Position numbers and translations under genes: made by a program. Shown here one piece after another: positions 46,813 to 56,043 of a stretch of DNA of 64,000 bases (its first letter is position 1; the number at the start of each line of letters is the position of its first letter). The notes beneath the pieces were generated by a model that saw only the letters and a program-made list of their open reading frames with translations, was not told where the DNA came from and searched no databases. The stretch covers positions 34,314 through 98,313 of the forward strand of contig WGMG01000009.1 in assembly GCA_016125185.1 (NCBI GenBank), written 5' to 3'. The DNA comes from Armatimonadota bacterium. GTDB taxonomy: Bacteria; Armatimonadota; Fimbriimonadia; Fimbriimonadales; Fimbriimonadaceae.

Positions 46813-48117
46813 GTCGTCGGGAATAGCCATTAAAAAGCGGCGGTCAAGTTGGTATACATCGGGCTTAACTCCGTGTTTCTCTAAGCGCATGAAGGGTTGA
46901 TGGGAGTCTTTGGCTGGGGGGATGTCAAGCAGTACTTTCTTTGGCGTTTTAGGATATTTCAGGAGCAAGCCATGATGTTCGACGAGAAGCGCATTGTTAT
47001 CAACCGAAATAATGTCGTCAACCCAATCGATGCGCCGCTTGATGCTCTTTACAAAAAAGAGAGGCAAGCTTCCAAGGGACGTCATCAACACGACTCCGAT
47101 TGCAATCCCCGGATTGTCTCTTTGCTTCTGACTGCCGAACATTCCAACGCCCAAGGTAAGCATCGCTATACAAAAGGCTAAGATTGAACCTATCCTGCAC
47201 GCCACAAGCTTCTCTCGTTGAGTCGCGGCAATTCCTTCCGGGTCGATATAACGGTACTTCTTTCCCGGCACCAACTCCAGTGGCTTTGGCCATCGGTTAC
47301 ATTCCTTAAGAAAGTCTTCCAGATTGGGTCCAAACTTGGATTCCCTCATTAGGTTCTTCTTACTTTCCAGTCCAGCGATCCACTCAAATAGAAAACCAGA
47401 GAGGAAAATAAACCCGATCATCACGCAAACCACATCGATTGACCAGGGTACCAAGCTAATCCATTCGCGAGCGCCAATGACGCCGTCATAGTCTTTGGCA
47501 AGCATGGCGGGCCTGCCACATACAATGGCTAAAATGACTCCGAATGCCGTTACTCCTGAAGTTATCCAGAGTCTTCTCTTTCGGACGACAGCCGTGTCCT
47601 TTTTAATCTGGAACGTCTTTAAGACGTTCTTAAACAGTTCGCTATCCCGCGACCTCTCGACAGAAGGAAACTTTGCCCTCTCTATTCTTCCATCGGTTCG
47701 AGTCACGATCAAATCGCCCCGCTGACTCGAAACCTCCTTTATATCGATCCATCTCAGCTGAAAGTAGGGTTCGTGGTCAAGCCAAAACGAGAATCCTGAC
47801 TTATCAAATCGCACACGGTAGCGCTCACCACGTCGATGGATTCGCCAACCAGCAAATGCCGCAAGGACCCCAGCACCAACAAACGAAGTGGCCATTGCCA
47901 GGCCGGGTGAGGGAAATTTGATGAAGACTCCCAGCGGCATCAGGACAATCCAAAAAAGATAGAGGTAGCCGCACGCCCAACCAAAGGCGAGGCTCTTGGA
48001 CCACCGCATTTCGTAGCTCTTGTCTCCAAGCGCTTCGATGGCTTTCTCCCGCTGATTGTCGATTTTGTCCACGGAATTCCCAATCTTCGTACGGAATCTG
48101 TTTGAACCGAGATTCAC
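46756..48117 (-). CDS. Hypothetical polytopic membrane protein with three TM-hairpin + soluble-module repeats
   Basis: The proposed GTG start (48115-48117) overlaps the GNAT stop as GTGA. An alternative start is ATG 48009. There are six predicted TM helices in three pairs, each followed by a ~60-100 aa beta-rich segment. Visibly A/T-richer than its neighbours. The 3' end overlaps the convergent polyprenyl synthase gene by 57 nt. Confidence 0.5.
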   Translation of the reverse strand: MNLGSNRFRTKIGNSVDKIDNQREKAIEALGDKSYEMRWSKSLAFGWACGYLYLFWIVLMPLGVFIKFPSPGLAMATSFVGAGVLAAFAGWRIHRRGERYRVRFDKSGFSFWLDHEPYFQLRWIDIKEVSSQRGDLIVTRTDGRIERAKFPSVERSRDSELFKNVLKTFQIKKDTAVVRKRRLWITSGVTAFGVILAIVCGRPAMLAKDYDGVIGAREWISLVPWSIDVVCVMIGFIFLSGFLFEWIAGLESKKNLMRESKFGPNLEDFLKECNRWPKPLELVPGKKYRYIDPEGIAATQREKLVACRIGSILAFCIAMLTLGVGMFGSQKQRDNPGIAIGVVLMTSLGSLPLFFVKSIKRRIDWVDDIISVDNNALLVEHHGLLLKYPKTPKKVLLDIPPAKDSHQPFMRLEKHGVKPDVYQLDRRFLMAIPDDLGLASEDVVGDGVEHVPG

Positions 48118-48866
48118 TTCTCGCGACGCATCATCACGACTTCCGCATACTTCCGAAAACCCAGCCGCTCGTACCACGGCACCAGCGAGTCGTGGCACTG
48201 AAGCGTCGCCGTACACCGCCGCGACGCCGCAATCCCCACCAGCGCCCGAACCAGCTCTCCACCCAGTCCGCGATGCCGCTGTTCCGGCGTGACCGAGATG
48301 TTATAAAGCCCCAACGTTCCGTTGGTCTGAGAAATCATGGCCCCTGCCGTCGGAGCCTCCAGCCGCCCAAGGCAGATCAGTTCGCACTCAGGGGCGCGCG
48401 AGGTCAACGTCGCAATCCCTTCGCAAAAGGCCATGTTCGCTGCCGAAAAGAACTGCTTGGCCAAAAACATTGTGTGGTCGTACCGCGCCGAGATGCCGGT
48501 CACCGTGGTCAAATCTAGGTCGATTCCCCCAAGTGGGTTTCGCACAAACATCAAACTCAGCGACCGCCCCGGCGTAAAGCCCACCTTCTTCATCATCTCA
48601 ATCACGGCGTAGGTCTGATCGGTCGGCAAAACGTACGCCGTGTGCGAATCCATCTGCACCAGCCTAGTCAGCGAATGAATGTTCGGTCTGGCCACCACCG
48701 AGAAATTCGAAGCCGGATGCTTCTGCGTCGAGCGGCAACCGATCACGCCGTCATCCTCAAACCGCGTCAATCCATCCGCAGGTCGAGCCAACGCAAAATA
48801 GGTCTCAACCATGTTGAGACAGCACGACTCGATGATTTCCCTATCCGTTAAAGGACGATGCTCCAA
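48114..48866 (-). CDS. GNAT family N-acetyltransferase
   Basis: The C-terminal acetyl-CoA motif region reads VTPEQRHRGLGGELVRALVGIA...WYERLGFRKY. Confidence 0.75.
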   Translation of the reverse strand: MEHRPLTDREIIESCCLNMVETYFALARPADGLTRFEDDGVIGCRSTQKHPASNFSVVARPNIHSLTRLVQMDSHTAYVLPTDQTYAVIEMMKKVGFTPGRSLSLMFVRNPLGGIDLDLTTVTGISARYDHTMFLAKQFFSAANMAFCEGIATLTSRAPECELICLGRLEAPTAGAMISQTNGTLGLYNISVTPEQRHRGLGGELVRALVGIAASRRCTATLQCHDSLVPWYERLGFRKYAEVVMMRREK

Positions 48867-50032
48867 AACAGTCCAAATCCTGCCCGGCGGTTTGAAATCC
48901 CCACACCGGCGTTCAGACCCCCAGAAATATCCGAACCCACCCAGATTACCGGATTCTTGGGCGTCAAAAGGACGCTGGCGTACGTCCGCCCCTTGGGATC
49001 GAACTTCAGCAGGTCAAACCCCGCGGCAATATTGAACTCGGCGGGAGCCTCCATCATGAATCCGACTCGAACCGTCGGTGTCACGATCGACAGCGGCGGC
49101 ATGTACTCGCGATCCTTCGCCATCGCGTTGAAGAAGTTCGCCACCTCGCGCAACAGCCGCTCCTCCACAAAGATGCCCCCGTAGTGCCCCGAATCGATCT
49201 CCAGCACCTTCGAGTTCGGCAATGCCCGAATTAGCGCATCCGTGCATTCTGGCGGAATCACCGTATCGTACTTGGCCCGAACCACAAACGTGTTCCCGAC
49301 CTTGCCCGGCTTCAGGTACGTGGACGGCTCGATGGGCCGCAGAGCCTGGTCGAGTCGTTCTTCGTTGTATCCTTTGGCCCGCAGTTCGTCGCGCACCTTG
49401 GTCAACAGCGACGATCGCCAAATGATCTTTCCAAGCTCGATGCCGCCCAACAAAAACGCCGAATTAGTGATTCGGTCGTCCACCGCATATGCCAGCGTCG
49501 AGACGACCGCCCCCAGGCTGGTGCCGTAAATGCCGAGGATTCGCCCGCACTCCGGCTCTTGCTGAAGAAAGTCCAGCGACCGTCGGACGTCCATCACGGA
49601 CTGCGTCATCACCGCCTTCAGCTTCTCCGGGTCGGACTGAATCGCCATTGCCCCCGAAGTCGCCCCTTTCGGCGTTCGCGTCAGATGGTACGGCAAGGTC
49701 ATGATCGCCGCCCCGATGCCCCGGTCGTTCAGTTCCAACGCCAGCGAGCGCTCGACCTTCAAGTTCGGCGCACCCCAATAATGGAGGATCAAAACGACCG
49801 GCGGGTGGTCCACATGCGCGGGAAGCTGAATCTCTAGCTGGACCGTGTCATTCTGCGGATACCCCGAGTCAAACGCACTGGGAAATTTCGCGATGTACTG
49901 CGAGTAATCCTCGTTCTCGTCCAATAGTTGCCACTTTTGGAACTCAATCTTGGGAACATCGAACTGAGCCCAAACGCTCCCGACGCAAGCGAAGAGAATC
50001 AGTAGGCTTGCGAGGAGTCTAGCGGCTTTCAC
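48848..50032 (-). CDS. Secreted alpha/beta hydrolase
   Basis: Signal peptide MKAARLLASLLILFACVGSVWA and nucleophile elbow GIYGTSLGAV (GxSxG). Confidence 0.65.
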   Translation of the reverse strand: MKAARLLASLLILFACVGSVWAQFDVPKIEFQKWQLLDENEDYSQYIAKFPSAFDSGYPQNDTVQLEIQLPAHVDHPPVVLILHYWGAPNLKVERSLALELNDRGIGAAIMTLPYHLTRTPKGATSGAMAIQSDPEKLKAVMTQSVMDVRRSLDFLQQEPECGRILGIYGTSLGAVVSTLAYAVDDRITNSAFLLGGIELGKIIWRSSLLTKVRDELRAKGYNEERLDQALRPIEPSTYLKPGKVGNTFVVRAKYDTVIPPECTDALIRALPNSKVLEIDSGHYGGIFVEERLLREVANFFNAMAKDREYMPPLSIVTPTVRVGFMMEAPAEFNIAAGFDLLKFDPKGRTYASVLLTPKNPVIWVGSDISGGLNAGVGISNRRAGFGLFWSIVL

Positions 50033-50033
50033 A

Positions 50034-50720
50034 TCACCCGTTCGAACTCAGGAGTTCGGTCATCTTCTGCTCGGCCTTATGAATGTGATACCGCTTGGCG
50101 ATCAGAAAGGCCCGGCCATCGTCCGAGTTAGGATCGACCTTCACTCGCTCGTGGCACTTCACCGCGTTGGAGAGCAAGTCGACCAACTCCTTGTTGTGGC
50201 CCTTGTTCTGCGCCGCTGGAACGACTTCGTAAAGAACGCTAGGCAGAATGGGGGCGGCGTCCTCGTCCTTTGCGTCCATCACCGATGCCGCTGTCTTGAT
50301 TGCTTCTTCCACTTCCCCGTTCTTCGCCTCGGCCTGGGCCAACTTGAGAGTGTCGTTGATCTTCCGATCTGGGTCCTCGGCCACCTTCACCGCTTCCTTC
50401 AGCGCGGCTTCGGTTTCCTTCCATCGGTTTGTGACTCGTAGTAGCGAGGCGTATTTCCACTGAGCATCGAGCGGAACATCGTCAGCCTTGATCGACTTCA
50501 GCATCTGCTCGGCAACCTCCGAAATCATCTCGTTTCGCCTTTCGTCCGAAATTTCGTCCTGCTGAACCTTGAACTGAAGCGTATCCTCCGCCGAAAGCAA
50601 CCGCTCATACGCGATCGCCGCCCGATTCTCTTGCGGAATCGTGGCAAGGTCGTTCGGGTTGGGGAATTGCCCGCAACCGAACACTAGCAAACCCAGAAGA
50701 GGGAAGATTTTTCGTCGCAT
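50034..50720 (-). CDS. Helical (TPR-like) lipoprotein, hypothetical
   Basis: Lipobox LLVFGC. The rest is predicted helical with TPR-like periodicity. Confidence 0.5.
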   Translation of the reverse strand: MRRKIFPLLGLLVFGCGQFPNPNDLATIPQENRAAIAYERLLSAEDTLQFKVQQDEISDERRNEMISEVAEQMLKSIKADDVPLDAQWKYASLLRVTNRWKETEAALKEAVKVAEDPDRKINDTLKLAQAEAKNGEVEEAIKTAASVMDAKDEDAAPILPSVLYEVVPAAQNKGHNKELVDLLSNAVKCHERVKVDPNSDDGRAFLIAKRYHIHKAEQKMTELLSSNG

Positions 50721-52043
50721 TTAGATGTAGATGGCGTACCGCTCAGCCGGAAACATGGCGTCGCGATAGATTTCGCTGCCGGAGAACGTCAGCATCGCCT
50801 TACCCTTCAGCTTCATACGATGAAACGGCGTATTTTTGCTCTTGCTGAACGACTTATTTCGATCAAACGTCCATTCGACGTTCGGATCGATGACGGTGAT
50901 CTGCGCCACCGGAAGCTCTTCCGGCTTCAGGGTACCCCCATCCAGATTCAAAATTTCGGCGGGCACCGTGCTCAGCTTTCGGATCGTATCCAGTGGGCTC
51001 AAGATGCCTTTATGGGTTAGGTAAGTCAGCGTCGCGCCCAGCGTCGCCTCAATCGTCGAAGCCCCGAACGGAGCTTCGTCGAACGGTACATCCACCTCGT
51101 GCGAGGCGTGCGGCGAGTGGTCGCTGGCGATGCAGTCGATCGTCCCATCCTGCAGACCCTGCTGGAGCAGTTCGATGTCCACCTTCGTCCGAAGCGGCGG
51201 CTGCATCTTGAACTTCGTGTCGAACTCGCCGATGTCGTCCTCGGTAAAGATGAAGTGCATCGGGCAGATTTCGCAGGTCACGGGCGCCCCCAGCGACTTG
51301 ATCAGTCGAATGATCTCGACCGCGCCCCAAGTGCTCACCCGCATGATGTGTACCGGACAGCCGGTGTGAAGCGAGAGCAAGCAGTTGCGCATCGTCGCGA
51401 TCTCTTCCGCTGTCCTTGGAATGCCTTTCAGGCCGAGCATCGCGCTCACCGCGCCTTCGTTCATACAACCGCCCTTGCTCAGACTGGTGTCGTCCGAGTG
51501 AGCGAGGATGGGGAGGCCGATCTGGTTGCAGAACACCATCGCGCGGCTCATCACCTGCGAGTCTTGAATCGGAAAGCCTTCGTCGCTCGCCGCGACGATT
51601 CCCGCCCGCTTCATCGCTGCCAAGTTCGAGAGTTCTTCGCCCTTCAGGTCCTTCGTCAGCGCGCCAACCGGCGCAACGAACACGCCGCCCGCCTCAGGGG
51701 AAGCCGCTCGGTCAAGAATAAAGTCGATGATCGCCGGATTGTCGAGCGGAGGATTCGTGTTGGGCATACAGCAAATCGTCGTATAGCCGCCTGCTGCCGC
51801 CGCCTGGGTTCCGGTAATGATCGTTTCTTTGTGCTCGTCGCCCGGCTCGCGCAAGTGGACGTGCATATCCACCAAACCCGGAGTGATCCAAAGCCCTGTG
51901 CAGTCGTAAACCTCGTCGATCCCAGTTAAATCTTCAACGACGCCAACCTGAATGACCTGGTCATTCTCGATCAGGACACTGCCGATTTCATCCAAATCCT
52001 GCGACGGATCGAGGATGCGACCGTTGCGAAGCAGGGTTCTCAC
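50721..52043 (-). CDS. pyrC: Dihydroorotase
   Basis: PGLVDMHVHLREPG metal-binding motif, HSDD, and CIASDHSPH. The probable GTG start at 52041-52043 overlaps the pyrB stop (GTGA), and the track start 52064 is over-extended. Confidence 0.85.
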   Translation of the reverse strand: MRTLLRNGRILDPSQDLDEIGSVLIENDQVIQVGVVEDLTGIDEVYDCTGLWITPGLVDMHVHLREPGDEHKETIITGTQAAAAGGYTTICCMPNTNPPLDNPAIIDFILDRAASPEAGGVFVAPVGALTKDLKGEELSNLAAMKRAGIVAASDEGFPIQDSQVMSRAMVFCNQIGLPILAHSDDTSLSKGGCMNEGAVSAMLGLKGIPRTAEEIATMRNCLLSLHTGCPVHIMRVSTWGAVEIIRLIKSLGAPVTCEICPMHFIFTEDDIGEFDTKFKMQPPLRTKVDIELLQQGLQDGTIDCIASDHSPHASHEVDVPFDEAPFGASTIEATLGATLTYLTHKGILSPLDTIRKLSTVPAEILNLDGGTLKPEELPVAQITVIDPNVEWTFDRNKSFSKSKNTPFHRMKLKGKAMLTFSGSEIYRDAMFPAERYAIYI

Positions 52044-52972
52044 GCCGCACCTCCGCCGAAGCACCAGTAAAACGCAGACATTCTCACAAAAACTCCGTTT
52101 TCAACCTGCTGGTTGATGGCCGAATACTCTCCGTCGGCCGTCACATCGTCGATTTCCACGCCTCGGTTGATCGGACCGGGGTGCATCACTAGGCACCCGG
52201 GATTCGCGTACCGAAGCGTCTCGGCATTGATCTGATACAACGAGCTGTATTCGCCGATCGAGCTGATCATGCCTTCGTTCATCCGCTCCCGCTGGAGGCG
52301 GAGCGAAATGATCACGTCCGCACCGTGGATGCCTTCTTCCAGTTCGTCGCAGAACTCGCCTGGCAGATTCGACGGCTGCGGAGGAAGAAGAGTCCGCGGT
52401 CCGACTAGGCGAACATTCGCTCCCAGCTTGTCCAATAGCCACAGGTTCGACCGTGCGACTCGCGAGTGCTCGACATCGCCGACGATCGAGACGTTCAAGC
52501 CCTCGATCGAGCCCTTTCGCTCCATAATGGTCAGCGCATCCGCCAGCGCCTGCGTCGGGTGCTCGTGCTGGCCGTCGCCCGCGTTCAAAACCGGACCGCC
52601 GAAGTGCTTCGCGGCCAAGATGGGCGAACCACTCGACTTGTGGCGCATCACCAAACCGTTGATGCGCTCATGGCGTAGGGTCAAAATCGTATCCTTCAGC
52701 GTCTCGCCCTTGTTCATCGACGACGAGGTCGTGGCAAAGTTGCTGGATCGCATGCCCAGATAGAACGCCGCCTGCTCGAAACTCACGCGCGTGCGCGTAG
52801 AGTTTTCAAAGAACAGCAGGCCGATGACGGTCTTGGTCATCTTGGGCACGTCGTCGCCCGCCGTCACGCGCTTCTTGAAGTCGGCGGCTTGGTCGATGAG
52901 GTGGACAATCGATTCTTTGTCCAGATTGCGGATTCCGATGAGATTTCTGGTCCCCGTGGGATTACTGCTCAT
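52040..52972 (-). CDS. pyrB: Aspartate carbamoyltransferase catalytic subunit
   Basis: FFENSTRTRVSFE (STRTR carbamoyl-phosphate motif), HPTQAL, and HPGPINRGVEI. Confidence 0.9.
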   Translation of the reverse strand: MSSNPTGTRNLIGIRNLDKESIVHLIDQAADFKKRVTAGDDVPKMTKTVIGLLFFENSTRTRVSFEQAAFYLGMRSSNFATTSSSMNKGETLKDTILTLRHERINGLVMRHKSSGSPILAAKHFGGPVLNAGDGQHEHPTQALADALTIMERKGSIEGLNVSIVGDVEHSRVARSNLWLLDKLGANVRLVGPRTLLPPQPSNLPGEFCDELEEGIHGADVIISLRLQRERMNEGMISSIGEYSSLYQINAETLRYANPGCLVMHPGPINRGVEIDDVTADGEYSAINQQVENGVFVRMSAFYWCFGGGAA

Positions 52973-53522
52973 GAGGTGCCTCTTGGCTTCGGAGCTCGAC
53001 CAGATCCTCGCCCTCGAATTCCTTCACTTTCACAAAGACGTGGTCAGATCGTTCAGTTTGGATGACGCGGCCGCAGTAATCGGGCTGGATCGGCAATTCG
53101 CGGTGGCCCCGGTCGAGCAAAACGCCGAGCCGAACGTAACTCGGACGACCGTATTTGATCAACCCATCCAGGCCCGCCCGAATCGTACGGCCGGTAAAGA
53201 TCAACTCGTCCACCAGAATCACCCGCTTACCCGTCACTTCAAACGGAATCTCGGATTCGTCTTCGGTTTTGGCGGGTCGGTCGTCGCGGTAGGCACGGGG
53301 GTCGAGCTTGCCACACGGCACCGTCACTCCCTCGATCTGCGTCATCAAAAACGCCAGCCGTTTCGCGATGGGATACCCCCTTTTCATGATCCCGACCACC
53401 ACAAGGTCCTGGGCCCCTTGGTTGTCTTCCAGTATTTCGTGCGCCATCCTTCCCAAAGTTCTCTTAATGTCTTCGGCGTCGAGGATAACGGCATCCATCC
53501 TAGGCTGGATTATGACAGACAA
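52962..53522 (-). CDS. pyrR: Bifunctional pyrimidine operon regulator / uracil phosphoribosyltransferase
   Basis: ILDAEDIKRTLGRMAHEILE is the typical PyrR N-terminus. VILVDELIFTGRTIRA is the PRPP motif. The start may be the second ATG at 53498. Confidence 0.85.
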   Translation of the reverse strand: MSVIIQPRMDAVILDAEDIKRTLGRMAHEILEDNQGAQDLVVVGIMKRGYPIAKRLAFLMTQIEGVTVPCGKLDPRAYRDDRPAKTEDESEIPFEVTGKRVILVDELIFTGRTIRAGLDGLIKYGRPSYVRLGVLLDRGHRELPIQPDYCGRVIQTERSDHVFVKVKEFEGEDLVELRSQEAPHEQ

Positions 53523-53722
53523 CTTGAGTTTTACGGGTGAAACGCCTCACCCAAGTCGTTAAGAAAGCCGAAAAACCGCCCAAATACAACCTGAAGAAAG
53601 CGCCCCGCCTTTCCAACTATTTTTACGGGGTCATAGCATCTCAACAAGACGATGGTTATGTTTAACAGGCAAACGACACATTCGAGGGCGATTTTCGCTC
53701 GCCTCGAACAAGGGAGGCGGTG

Positions 53723-54793
53723 ATGGCTGGAAAGAAATCATCGGTCGGGGTCGACATCGGATATTCGAGCATTCGAATTGTCCAAGTCGAGAAGACCGCG
53801 GCCGGCGTCCGCGTCACTAAATTCGCCACTGTGCCGACTCCGCCGGATTCGGTACGCGATGGTTTGGTTCGCGACCCCGAGGAAGTCGGTCAGGCTATTA
53901 AGACTGCAATGAAGGATGCGCACATCCACGCGAGCACGGCGGTAGTCGCCGCGTCCGGTGGAGCCGTCTTCGTTCGCACGGTTCCGTTCCCGAAGATGAC
54001 GCCGCAGATGCTGCGCGAGTCGATCAAGTTCGAAGCCGGACGCTACGTTCCGGGTTCGATCGAGGACTCGTACGTCGAAGGAGAAATCCTGGGCAACCTT
54101 AACGAAACCCAGATGAACGTCCTCCTCGCTGCGGCGCCGAAAGACGTCGTAGACGGACGCATCGCCGCGTGTAAGGTCGCCGGCCTCGATGTTCGCCTTG
54201 TCGAAATCGAGACGTTCGCCGCTTACCGCGCTCTGCTGGAAACCGATGAAGCCAAGGACACCGCGAACAAGACATACATTCTGGTGGACATCGGCGCAAC
54301 CAGCACTACCGTTAGCGTGATCGAAAACGGCGTCTATGTGATGCTTCGCTCGATGCCTAACGCGGGCAACACCCTTACCGAGGCTCTCAAAGCTGCGTTC
54401 AAGTTGGAGGCAGTCGATGCCGAAGCTGGCAAGAGCGCGCTCGACATGAATGAATTCCTCACACCCCAGGGACTCGAGAATCCGCCGCTGAAGGTCATTG
54501 CCGCTCATGTCGACGACCTCGTTCGCGAACTTCGCCGATCGATGAACTACCTGCAGACCCAAAACAGCGAAGCCACGCAAGCCACCAACATCGACGGCAT
54601 GTTCCTCTGCGGAGGCGGAGCCAAGCTCAAAGGTCTGGATCAATACCTCCAAGCCAAGCTCGGCATTCCCGTCACCACCCTCGGCGTCTTCGAAAACCCC
54701 ATCATCACTCAGACCGGAGCCATCTCAGGCACTGGCGTTGACCTCGCCGTCGCAACCGGGCTTGCGATGCGACCGGTGCTTTGGGCCGCCTAA
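53723..54793 (+). CDS. pilM: Type IV pilus assembly protein PilM (actin-like ATPase fold)
   Basis: VGVDIGYSSIRIVQVE..., ILVDIGATSTTVSV, and LCGGGAKLKGLDQYL. AGGGAGG lies 5 nt before ATG 53723. Confidence 0.85.
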   Translation: MAGKKSSVGVDIGYSSIRIVQVEKTAAGVRVTKFATVPTPPDSVRDGLVRDPEEVGQAIKTAMKDAHIHASTAVVAASGGAVFVRTVPFPKMTPQMLRESIKFEAGRYVPGSIEDSYVEGEILGNLNETQMNVLLAAAPKDVVDGRIAACKVAGLDVRLVEIETFAAYRALLETDEAKDTANKTYILVDIGATSTTVSVIENGVYVMLRSMPNAGNTLTEALKAAFKLEAVDAEAGKSALDMNEFLTPQGLENPPLKVIAAHVDDLVRELRRSMNYLQTQNSEATQATNIDGMFLCGGGAKLKGLDQYLQAKLGIPVTTLGVFENPIITQTGAISGTGVDLAVATGLAMRPVLWAA

Positions 54794-54805
54794 AGGAGAA
54801 CCTAG

Positions 54806-55405
54806 ATGCCACTGATTAACCTCATCGAATCGCAAATCCTGTCGGCCAAGCGCAGTGATCAGAAACTTCAGGTCAGCAAGTTCGCCTTCATCGGCGCCAT
54901 TGCGATCTTTGGTTCCGCTTACGCCGTCCTCTTCGCCGAAGGTTCGTCCCTCGGCAGCAAGCAGGTCGAGATCGAAGCGAAGCTGAAAAAGCTGAAGCCG
55001 CTCCAAGAGCAGATCGACGCCTTCAAGAAGGATTCCGCAACCCTCGAGCCTCGTCTTAAGACTCTCGAAAGCGCGCGGAACCTCACCAACCGTTGGGCCC
55101 GATTGATGGAGCACCTTGCCATCAACACCCCATCCAACGTCTGGCTAACTTCGTTCCGATCCGCCGCTGTTGACCCCGAAAAGCCGATCCACATCACCTT
55201 CAACGGCGTGGGCGAATCGCAGACCGACGTCTCCGAAATGATGCTTCGAACGCAAAACGCCCAAGACCTCGAATCGGTCACCCTCGGCGGCACGCAGGAG
55301 AAGCTCTTCGAGAAGACCACCGGCGTTGAATTCGAGATGGGAGGCGACATCGTCGACTCCGTCGAGAAAAAGAAGAAGCCCACCAAGGAAGAGGGAGACA
55401 AATAA
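54806..55405 (+). CDS. pilN: PilN-like pilus assembly protein
   Basis: MPLINLIE... conserved N-terminus, single TM helix, then coiled-coil and ferredoxin-like domain. Position is directly after pilM. Confidence 0.75.
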   Translation: MPLINLIESQILSAKRSDQKLQVSKFAFIGAIAIFGSAYAVLFAEGSSLGSKQVEIEAKLKKLKPLQEQIDAFKKDSATLEPRLKTLESARNLTNRWARLMEHLAINTPSNVWLTSFRSAAVDPEKPIHITFNGVGESQTDVSEMMLRTQNAQDLESVTLGGTQEKLFEKTTGVEFEMGGDIVDSVEKKKKPTKEEGDK

Positions 55406-56043
55406 TGAAATTCAGTCTTACTCCCAAAACGTTCTATGCCCTGACGGGCATCGTCGTGGTCGTCGGATCAGCCATGTTGTGGATGACCAACTCCACCAAC
55501 TCTGATCAGAAGGCTCACATCGAGTCGATCTCGAAAGAAGTTCGCGACGAGAAGGAAGTCCAGAAGGAACTCGCCGACTCTAAAAAAGTCGTCGAAGACC
55601 TCCAGTTCAAGCTGAAGCACCTCGAAGAGGGCGTCCAGCAGTTCGCCTACATCCCCACCATGATGAAGGAGTTGGAGCAGTACGGCAAGCAGAACCAGAT
55701 TCAGGTCGTCCAGATCAAGCCAGTCGTCATGCCGACGTCCCCCAAGGACAAGGACAAGAACGACGACAAGAAGAAGTCGGCCTACGAGGAGATGAACGTG
55801 AACATCAAGTGCCGAGGATCGTACGAAGACTCTCTTCGCTTCCTGCAGGCCATCAAGGTGTTCCCCAAGATCGTTGCCGTGCGAACGGTTTCGCTCTCGC
55901 CTCACACCGATAACAAAACCAAGAAGGCGGCCAAGCCGGTCCTCGACCTCGAGCTTGAGCTTCGTGCCTACGCCTTCAAGGATGACGCAAATATCACCCC
56001 GGTCGCCTCATCTGGCGCCAAGGGAGGCAGCAATGAATCGTGA
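55405..56043 (+). CDS. pilO: PilO-like pilus assembly protein
   Basis: N-terminal TM helix, coiled coil, and C-terminal ferredoxin-like region. The start shares 1 nt with the pilN stop (TAATG). Confidence 0.7.
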   Translation: MKFSLTPKTFYALTGIVVVVGSAMLWMTNSTNSDQKAHIESISKEVRDEKEVQKELADSKKVVEDLQFKLKHLEEGVQQFAYIPTMMKELEQYGKQNQIQVVQIKPVVMPTSPKDKDKNDDKKKSAYEEMNVNIKCRGSYEDSLRFLQAIKVFPKIVAVRTVSLSPHTDNKTKKAAKPVLDLELELRAYAFKDDANITPVASSGAKGGSNES

